From an uncultured delta proteobacterium (GTDB taxonomy: Bacteria; Desulfobacterota; Binatia; UBA9968): a stretch of DNA of 64,000 nucleotides. The stretch lies in assembly GCA_963727625.1 (NCBI GenBank), contig CAVSHR010000002.1:576001-640000 (forward strand), in the 5' to 3' direction. The translations under genes were made by a program, and so were the position numbers. Shown piece by piece: positions 57,452 to 64,000 of this stretch (the stretch's first letter is position 1; each line of letters opens with the position of its first letter). The notes below the pieces were generated by a model. The model was not told where the DNA came from. It saw only the letters and a program-made list of their open reading frames with translations, and did not search any database.

Positions 57452-58705
57452 ATGCAACTTGAGCATAGGTCAAAGCCGGCGCTTGATAAGAATCCTTCGG
57501 GGACCGGCAGCCAAACGATCGCGGGTGAGAATTCATCTTTCCGGACGCAAGTCGGACCGGTGTTTTTTCTCGCCGTGATATTTTTGCTCAATTTCGTGTC
57601 GCGCATCATTCTGTCGCCGCTTTTGCCGACCATCGAAAAGGAGCTGTCGATCAGCCACAGCCAGGCGGGTTTCTTTTTTTTCCTGACCTCGGGCGGCTAT
57701 CTCCTCGGCTTGTTAAGCTCGGGCTTGATCGTTTCGCGCGCGACGCACCGGGTGTCGATCGTGCTTTCCAGTTTTGGTGTTGGCGTCGCGATGTTGACGA
57801 TTGCCATGGCACCAAACCTCTGGCTCATGCGCAGCGGGCTTTTTGGCGTCGGACTGGCGGCGGGGTGGTACATGCCCTCGGCGATCACGACGATCACTTC
57901 GCTGGTCGACAAGCGCCATTGGGGGAAAGCGATTTCGGTTCATGAGCTGGCGCCCAACCTGGCATTCTTCATCAGCCCGTTTATCGCCGAGCTGTTTCTC
58001 AAATGGGCGAGCTGGCGCTCGGCGTTAGGCGTGCTCGGCGTGTTGTCGATGGCGGCAAGCCTGAGCTTCGGTCGATTCGGCCGCGGCGGCGATTTTTCCG
58101 GCGAATCACCCTTGTCGAGTGCCTTCGGAACGCTGGTGCGAACGCCGGCGTACTGGTTGATGGTGGCGCTGTTCGGCTTGGGGGTGAGCGCCACCCTCGG
58201 CGTCTACGCCATGTTGCCGCTTTATCTGGTGGTGGAGCGTCACTTTGAACCGACCTGGGCCAACACCGTCGTTGCTCTTTCGCGCTCCCATGGGCCGATC
58301 CTTGGGCTGCTCGGCGGCTGGGCGTCGGACAAACTCGGCGCGCGCCAAACCATCGTCATCAGCCTGGCGTTCACCGGTGCGATGACCCTGGGGTTGGGTT
58401 TGCTTTCGGACCTTTGGCTGACTGCGGCAGTGTTGTTTCAACCGCTGCTGGCGGTCTGGTTTTTTCCGGCGGCCTTCGCCGCTATGGCTATGATCACGCC
58501 GCCCAAAGCGCGCAATCTCGCCGTCGCTTTTTCCGTTCCCTTCGGTTTTTTGATCGGCGGCGGCGCCATACCGACCTTCATCGGCGCCACCGGCGACGCC
58601 GGCTCTTTTGCCACCGGCTTCACCATCACCGGTATTCTCATCGCGGCCGGCGCGCTGCTTGCGGTCATGCTCCGGCTTCCCGAAGCGGCTCATGACTCGA
58701 TGTGA
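57452..58705 (+). CDS. MFS transporter
   Basis: About 12 hydrophobic segments; SPLLPTIEKEL and GWASDKLGAR. Confidence 0.9.
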   Translation: MQLEHRSKPALDKNPSGTGSQTIAGENSSFRTQVGPVFFLAVIFLLNFVSRIILSPLLPTIEKELSISHSQAGFFFFLTSGGYLLGLLSSGLIVSRATHRVSIVLSSFGVGVAMLTIAMAPNLWLMRSGLFGVGLAAGWYMPSAITTITSLVDKRHWGKAISVHELAPNLAFFISPFIAELFLKWASWRSALGVLGVLSMAASLSFGRFGRGGDFSGESPLSSAFGTLVRTPAYWLMVALFGLGVSATLGVYAMLPLYLVVERHFEPTWANTVVALSRSHGPILGLLGGWASDKLGARQTIVISLAFTGAMTLGLGLLSDLWLTAAVLFQPLLAVWFFPAAFAAMAMITPPKARNLAVAFSVPFGFLIGGGAIPTFIGATGDAGSFATGFTITGILIAAGALLAVMLRLPEAAHDSM

Positions 58706-58750
58706 TGCAAGGGTTGTCTTCGCCGCGCAGGCTGTTCTATAAATCGGCTC

Positions 58751-59506
58751 ATGGTGACGTTGAGCCAATTCGCACAGACCATCCGCGCGAGCGATGCAAC
58801 CGTGGTCTTTACCGGGGCGGGCATCAGCACGGAATCCGGCATTCCAGATTTTCGCAGCCCCGGCGGCATCTGGACGCGCTACCGGCCCGTGACCTTTCAG
58901 GAATATCTCGGCAGCGAAGCGGCGCGCATCGAAGCCTGGAAGCGCCGGCTCGATACCTACGAAGCGCACAAGAACGCCAAACCGAACATCGGCCATTACT
59001 TCGTTCAATCCCTGGACGCCAAGGGCAAGCTCATCGGCTTGATTACCCAAAACGTCGACGGTCTGCACAGCGCTGCGGGTTTGGCGGACGAGAAATTAGT
59101 CGAATTGCACGGCAGCAATCGGCAAATCGTCTGTTTAAAGTGCAACGAATCCTATGATCCCGATGGGATCATCAAACGATTGGTGGGCGATTTTGAGTCG
59201 CCCAAATGCGATGCTTGCGGCGGAATTCTCAAGTCGGCGACGGTCTCCTTCGGCCAGGCGATGCCGGAAGAGCCGATGCGTGTCGCGCAGGAGTGGACGG
59301 AGCAGGCCGAAGTTTTTATCGTCATGGGTTCGTCGCTCCAAGTGCAACCGGCGGCGTCGTTTCCGGTCGTCGCCAAGCGCAACGGCGCGCTGCTGGCGAT
59401 CGTCAACCGTGAGCCGGGGCCGCTCGATGAGATTGCCGACTTCGTGCATCACGGCGCCATCGGCGAGTTTTGCGCCCGATTCGGCGAGATGATCGCCGAC
59501 GGATAA
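58751..59506 (+). CDS. cobB: Sir2 family NAD-dependent protein deacylase
   Basis: TGAGISTESGIPDFR, TQNVDGLH, ELHG, two CxxC motifs and GSSL. Confidence 0.93.
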   Translation: MVTLSQFAQTIRASDATVVFTGAGISTESGIPDFRSPGGIWTRYRPVTFQEYLGSEAARIEAWKRRLDTYEAHKNAKPNIGHYFVQSLDAKGKLIGLITQNVDGLHSAAGLADEKLVELHGSNRQIVCLKCNESYDPDGIIKRLVGDFESPKCDACGGILKSATVSFGQAMPEEPMRVAQEWTEQAEVFIVMGSSLQVQPAASFPVVAKRNGALLAIVNREPGPLDEIADFVHHGAIGEFCARFGEMIADG

Positions 59507-59519
59507 ATCGGAAGAACGC

Positions 59520-59555
59520 GTTCAAGACGTTCAATCAGTTCAAATTGTTCAACAG
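59520..59555. repeat. Tandem 9-bp GTTCAA repeat, 4 units
   Basis: gttcaagac gttcaatca gttcaaatt gttcaacag. Confidence 0.8.
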
Positions 59556-59566
59556 GGTTTCGAAAT

Positions 59567-59590
59567 GTAGGGGCGCGATTCATCGCGCCC
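59567..59590. repeat. GTAG-type REP element
   Basis: GTAG followed by the palindrome gggcgcgat tc atcgcgccc. Confidence 0.7.
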
Positions 59591-59619
59591 TCTAGGTTTG
59601 CACAGACGCAGGAGGCGAT

Positions 59620-60624
59620 ATGAAAGACTGGAACATGATCGACGCGGACGGGCATATTCGTGAAGTCGAGAGCGATGTGTTCGAGTATCTGCCGGATTAT
59701 TACAAAGCGCGGCGCGAAGCGGTGCTTTATTTTCCGCTCTTGCCGCATCATGGTTGGCATCGGCAGGCAGGGCGTGTGGGCAACGGCGCCTCGTTTCTGA
59801 TTCCGACTTTGGCGGATTGGCAGGAGGCTTTGGATCAGGGCAATATCGAAGCTGCGGTGATCTATCCGACGCGCTTCATGCATATCGGTCAGGTGGGCAT
59901 GACGGACTTCGCTGTCGATTTGAGCCGGGCCTACAACGACTATCTGTACGATCGTTTTCTCCGCCACGAAGCGAGATTGAAAGGGATGGCGATCTTGCCG
60001 TTGCAAGATGTTCCGGCCGCAGTCGTTGAATTACGGCGGGCGGTGAAAGAATACGGCATGGTCGGCGCGGTGTTGCCCGCCGACGGTTTGCCGCGGCCTT
60101 TGGGCCATCCCGATTTTTATCCCGTCTACGAAGAAGCAAGCCGGCTGGGTTGCATGATCGCCGTGCATTCGCAAAATTCTTTGCGGAACAACGATCTGTT
60201 TATGTGGCGCGGCGAGGCGGCCACGCTGGCCCATGTCTGGCCGCAGATGCGCCAGTTCACCAATATTGTATTTTCCGGATTGCTGGGGCGGCTGCCGGAT
60301 TTAAAAATGGCTTTTCTCGAAGCGGGCTGCGGCTGGGTACCCTATCTCATGAGCAAGATGGGTAACCGCATCGGCGAGGCGCCGGCGCCGGCCAAGTTGA
60401 TCGAACGGGGACAGATCTATTTTCAGTGCGGCGAGGAGATGACGACCAGCCGCGATCTGGAGCTGCTCGGCGACAAGTGTTTATTCTGGGCGTCCGATTT
60501 CCCCCACGAGGGCATCGTCAGCATGAAAAAAGCGGTAAACGAATTCTTGGAGCGCGAGGATATTCCTGAAGCCGCGAAGCGAAAAATCAGCTACGACAAT
60601 CCGAAGCGGCTCTACGGTCTCTGA
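59620..60624 (+). CDS. Amidohydrolase_2 family protein
   Basis: IDADGH, AYND, AFLEAGCGW and WASDFPH. Confidence 0.92.
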   Translation: MKDWNMIDADGHIREVESDVFEYLPDYYKARREAVLYFPLLPHHGWHRQAGRVGNGASFLIPTLADWQEALDQGNIEAAVIYPTRFMHIGQVGMTDFAVDLSRAYNDYLYDRFLRHEARLKGMAILPLQDVPAAVVELRRAVKEYGMVGAVLPADGLPRPLGHPDFYPVYEEASRLGCMIAVHSQNSLRNNDLFMWRGEAATLAHVWPQMRQFTNIVFSGLLGRLPDLKMAFLEAGCGWVPYLMSKMGNRIGEAPAPAKLIERGQIYFQCGEEMTTSRDLELLGDKCLFWASDFPHEGIVSMKKAVNEFLEREDIPEAAKRKISYDNPKRLYGL

Positions 60625-60634
60625 GAACCGAAGA

Positions 60635-60715
60635 GTTCAAAGTGTTCAAGCCGTTCAAGTCGTCAAGAACGTCCGGATCGGATTGAACGACTGAAACGTT
60701 TTGAACGGCTTGAAC
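60635..60715. repeat. Inverted pair of GTTCAA 9-mer arrays between convergent genes
   Basis: gttcaaagt gttcaagcc gttcaagtc ... ttgaacgac..ttgaacggcttgaac. Confidence 0.8.
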
Positions 60716-60728
60716 AAAGACTTAGTTG

Positions 60729-61118
60729 TCAGCCGTTGCTGAATTCGGCCTGAACCTGCTGGCGCATGTCCTTGCGCGTCACATAGTCGATGATCTGAAT
60801 CTTCTCCGCCGGCCCGGAGCGGTTGCCCATCATGATCATCGGTCCGGCGCCGGTGTTTTCCAGTTTATAAAATGAGCCGCCGGTGATCAGTGCGGATTGA
60901 CCCGGCTTCAAAGTGACCTTGCCGCCGTCGGGAAAGCTCATGGTGCACTCGCCGTCAAGAACGACGAAGGTCTGATCGGCGTTGTGGCAGTGCATTTCGT
61001 CTTTCTGCCCCGGCTTGTAATAATGCATCCAGGCATGAAAGCGCGGCGTGTTAAATATATTTTTGCGCCGTTTTTCTTTGTGCGCCATATCCACGAGATC
61101 GACGACTTCAATGCCCAT
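60729..61118 (-). CDS. Cupin domain protein
   Basis: MHCHNADQTFVVLDGE..LKPGQ; GGAGG RBS. Confidence 0.85.
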   Translation of the reverse strand: MGIEVVDLVDMAHKEKRRKNIFNTPRFHAWMHYYKPGQKDEMHCHNADQTFVVLDGECTMSFPDGGKVTLKPGQSALITGGSFYKLENTGAGPMIMMGNRSGPAEKIQIIDYVTRKDMRQQVQAEFSNG

Positions 61119-61149
61119 TGAGAATACCTCCTTAATTGTCAATTTCCCA

Positions 61150-61530
61150 TCAAAGAACCGCGATCACTTCAATTTGAAAAAGGTTGTCGCCACGCAGCTC
61201 GACTTTCATCGCGTGGCGCGCCGGCCGGTCATGTTCGTCGGGAAACATCTTGAGCCAGGCCTTGTTGACCGAGTCGCGAAGTTTTTCTTCTCTCAGATAG
61301 ACTTTCATGTAGGCAATGTTGTCGGGTGTGCCGCCGGCGCTTTCCATGAAGAGCTGCAAGTTGCGGAACATCGCCGCGGCCTGCTCGTCGGGGTCGGGCG
61401 AGAGCACGCCGGTCTTGGCGTCTTTGCCGGAGATCGCCGAGGAGAAAACCATGTTGCCCAGGACCACACCGTTCGGTATCGGCGCGCCATGTTCCATGCC
61501 TTTGATATGGATGCTTTTTCTCTTGGCCAT
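61150..61530 (-). CDS. RidA/YjgF family protein
   Basis: VFSSAISG, RPAR and FQIEVIAV. Confidence 0.9.
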   Translation of the reverse strand: MAKRKSIHIKGMEHGAPIPNGVVLGNMVFSSAISGKDAKTGVLSPDPDEQAAAMFRNLQLFMESAGGTPDNIAYMKVYLREEKLRDSVNKAWLKMFPDEHDRPARHAMKVELRGDNLFQIEVIAVL

Positions 61531-61660
61531 CAAGTTCTCCTTTAAGCGCTAACTTTAAACCGCCTAATAGCACGGGTGCCGGCGTTCGTCTACCCGGACG
61601 TTGTCGAAGAAAGAAAGACGAAACCGCATCAGCGCACCCTAAATTCGGCTACGGCGACTT

Positions 61661-64000
61661 TTAACTTTGCAGAGGTAAGTTGACGGTAAACGCCGAGCCT
61701 TTGCCGGGTTCGCTCTGGAGTGACACCCGGCCGCCGAGCAGTTCGGTAAGTTGCTTGACGATATAAAGGCCGAGCCCGATGCCGCCATGGGAGCGGCTCG
61801 CCGAACTATCCAACTGGCGGAACATTTTGAAGATCTCTAAACGTTTTTCCTGAGCGATGCCTTCGCCAGTGTCGCGCACGGTAAAGGCGATGCGGTCCTT
61901 TCCCGCTACGGCCGCGGCGGAAATCTCAATGCGGCCCCTATCGGTGAACTTGATCGCGTTATCGATAAGATTTTGCAGAATGCGCCTCAGCTTGTCGACG
62001 TCGGTATTCATCTTGAGGGACTCATCCGGCACGTCCCAGGCAAACTGGATTGCGTCGCCCATCGGCAACTCATACATCGAGCGAATTCGATTCAAGAATT
62101 CGGCCACGCCGATCTCGCTGACGGTGGCCCGTAGTTCTCCTGCTTCGATGCTGGTCGCTATAAGAATGCTTTCAATCATGGAGAGCAGGTCCTTGGCGTG
62201 GCTGGAAACTTTTTGCAGATTGGCGTTCAATTGCGGCGCGATGTCGCCGTACGTGCCCTGCGCCACCAGCTCCAAATAGCCTAAAATCACGTTAACCGGC
62301 GTGCGCAGCTCATGGGACATAATCGCCAAAAACTCGTCCTTGGCTCGGTTTGCTTTTTCCAGATCTTGGGTCTTCTGCCGGAGCTCGGAAAAAAGATTGG
62401 CGTTGCCGACGGCGATGCCGAGGTGATAGGCGGTGGTATTGATCAATTGAAGTTCCGCCGGGGGAAAAGAACGGGTCTGTTTGCTCAATAGATTTATGAC
62501 GCCCAGTTGCTCGCCGCGGACCTTGAGGGGAATAAACAGCGCGGCGCGGAAGCCGGCGCGCAGCATGGTCTTGCGCGCCGCCAGGCGTTGAAACTCAGGG
62601 TCGTTTTCCATGTCTTCGAAGGCCAGTGGCTCGCCGCGACCGACGACCAGTCCAACCAGGCCCTCGCCTTTTTGGTAACTTAGCGGCACCTCAATGTCAT
62701 CGGATATGCCGTCATGCGCTGCCAGGCGAATCTCGCTCGTCACCTTGTCGACGACGTAAATGCGCGCCGCCTCGAAACCGAAGATTTCGCAAAGTTTGCG
62801 CATGCTTTGGTAAAGCAGTGCGTGCATGTCGACAAATTGCGCTGAAATCCCCGCGATCGCGTAAAGGGTGGAGAGTTCCTTGGCTTTCTCGGCGGTATTG
62901 CTGAACAAGGAAGCATTTTCGATGGCAATGCCGATCTGCTCGCATATGGCGACAAGCAGATCGATCTCTCCCGCCGCGAGCCGTTTGGGGCTCTTGGCTA
63001 TACAGGAAAGCGCGCCCCATGATTTTAACTTGGTTTGAATCGGAAACACCCCGAAGAATTTTGCTCCGCAGCCTTTCCAACCTTGTGTTTTGCTTTGTTC
63101 GGCGTAACGCGGATCGGTTTGAATGTTCTCAAAAATCACCGGCTCGCCGCTGCGTGCGGCGCGACCGATAATGCCTTCGTCTATTTTAACGACCTGCACC
63201 CGACCCCAAAGACTGGGAGTCGAAAAGAATGAAGATTTCAAATGCGCTTCGGTCATCACGTCGTTGAACAAATGGACCGTCGCGCCGTCGAAGTGAAACA
63301 GCTCGACGACTGATTTTGCAGCTTCATACAACACCGCGTTTAAGTCGAGAGACTGTGTGATTACCCGGGTGAGCGCGTTCAAAGCCGAAAGCTCGCGGGT
63401 CCGCCGGTTCATGCCGTTATAGAGCTGGGAATTATGGATCGCGATTGCGGCTTGGCTCGCCAGATTTTGCAAAACCTCCAGCTCTTCGTCCGTGAAGCGG
63501 CGCATTTCCCTGGTGAAAAACGCGATATCCCCCAAAACCTTGTTGTTGTAAACGAGCGGCAATCCGAGGTAAGAGACCAGTCCGGTTTGACGAAAAAAAT
63601 CGGGATATCGAGTTGTCGGATCTTTAAGCGAATCGGCGACGAAAACAGGCGACTTGGTTTCCAGCACCTTTCGGGTCAACCCATGACCGCCCTCGGGAAC
63701 CCAACGTTCCCAGTCCTTAACATCGATATGTCGCAACGCCTTTGCGATCACCTTGCCGGTATCGGTATCGACCGCGCGAATGGTCGTCACGGTCGGGCAA
63801 GGCAAGAGCGCATCAACGTTTTCGAGAAAGATATCCAGAACGCTCGCGAGATCGAACGTCGACATTGACGCCAGAGTAGCTTCGTGAATGAGTCGTTGCT
63901 GGTTGAAATTACGCCGAAGCTGCTCCTCGGCAAGTTTTCGATCGGTAATATCTATAGCCGTTCCGATGACGGCCATCTTGCCGCGATATTTGATCGGCGC
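61661..64000 (-). CDS. Multi-GAF sensor histidine kinase, 5'-truncated by the window edge
   Basis: End of a PAS/PAC domain (DITDRK), three GAF domains, SHELRTP, NLIDNAIKFT, DTGEGI and GIGLGL. Confidence 0.94.
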   Translation of the reverse strand, partial: APIKYRGKMAVIGTAIDITDRKLAEEQLRRNFNQQRLIHEATLASMSTFDLASVLDIFLENVDALLPCPTVTTIRAVDTDTGKVIAKALRHIDVKDWERWVPEGGHGLTRKVLETKSPVFVADSLKDPTTRYPDFFRQTGLVSYLGLPLVYNNKVLGDIAFFTREMRRFTDEELEVLQNLASQAAIAIHNSQLYNGMNRRTRELSALNALTRVITQSLDLNAVLYEAAKSVVELFHFDGATVHLFNDVMTEAHLKSSFFSTPSLWGRVQVVKIDEGIIGRAARSGEPVIFENIQTDPRYAEQSKTQGWKGCGAKFFGVFPIQTKLKSWGALSCIAKSPKRLAAGEIDLLVAICEQIGIAIENASLFSNTAEKAKELSTLYAIAGISAQFVDMHALLYQSMRKLCEIFGFEAARIYVVDKVTSEIRLAAHDGISDDIEVPLSYQKGEGLVGLVVGRGEPLAFEDMENDPEFQRLAARKTMLRAGFRAALFIPLKVRGEQLGVINLLSKQTRSFPPAELQLINTTAYHLGIAVGNANLFSELRQKTQDLEKANRAKDEFLAIMSHELRTPVNVILGYLELVAQGTYGDIAPQLNANLQKVSSHAKDLLSMIESILIATSIEAGELRATVSEIGVAEFLNRIRSMYELPMGDAIQFAWDVPDESLKMNTDVDKLRRILQNLIDNAIKFTDRGRIEISAAAVAGKDRIAFTVRDTGEGIAQEKRLEIFKMFRQLDSSASRSHGGIGLGLYIVKQLTELLGGRVSLQSEPGKGSAFTVNLPLQS

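Noticed and set aside
60635-60715. Reverse complement of the GTTCAA repeats (TTGAAC) as extra ECF -35 boxes
   Set aside because: They lack the final C of TTGAACC and have no GCGAC at 15 nt, so they are treated as coincidence.

Overview
GC-rich bacterial window with about 50 protein-coding genes; no rRNA, tRNA or CRISPR array was recognised. The gene content (several NMT1-type binding proteins, UbiD, hydantoinases, short intergenic repeats) resembles uncultured deltaproteobacterial/Binatia-type genomes, but that is inference only. Left to right: the 3' part of a type I restriction hsdR; a small insert bounded by a duplicated 3' end of a PanE-like gene; a catabolic cluster (two nitroreductase+hydantoinase-B modules, two metal-ligand-degenerate M24 proteins, hydantoinase A, MmgE/PrpD); an ECF sigma/anti-sigma/subtilase locus; a reductive-dehalogenase-like operon; stress and transport genes; assorted enzymes; and a GAF histidine kinase cut by the window end. 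Three candidates stand out. (1) A local ECF regulon marked by four identically spaced TTGAACC-N15-GCGAC sites, controlling an N/G/S/T-rich secreted protein, two small secreted proteins and a CsgG-family lipoprotein (possible non-curli amyloid or fibre system). (2) An in-frame UGA with a SECIS-like hairpin joining a rhodanese domain to a GYG potassium-channel pore (candidate selenoprotein ion channel). (3) A Tat-less RdhA-like enzyme operon with a truncated corrinoid-domain partner and two GlcG/HbpS proteins. Several single-base frameshifts in homopolymers may be sequencing errors. All family assignments come from motif recognition by eye, not from database searches.
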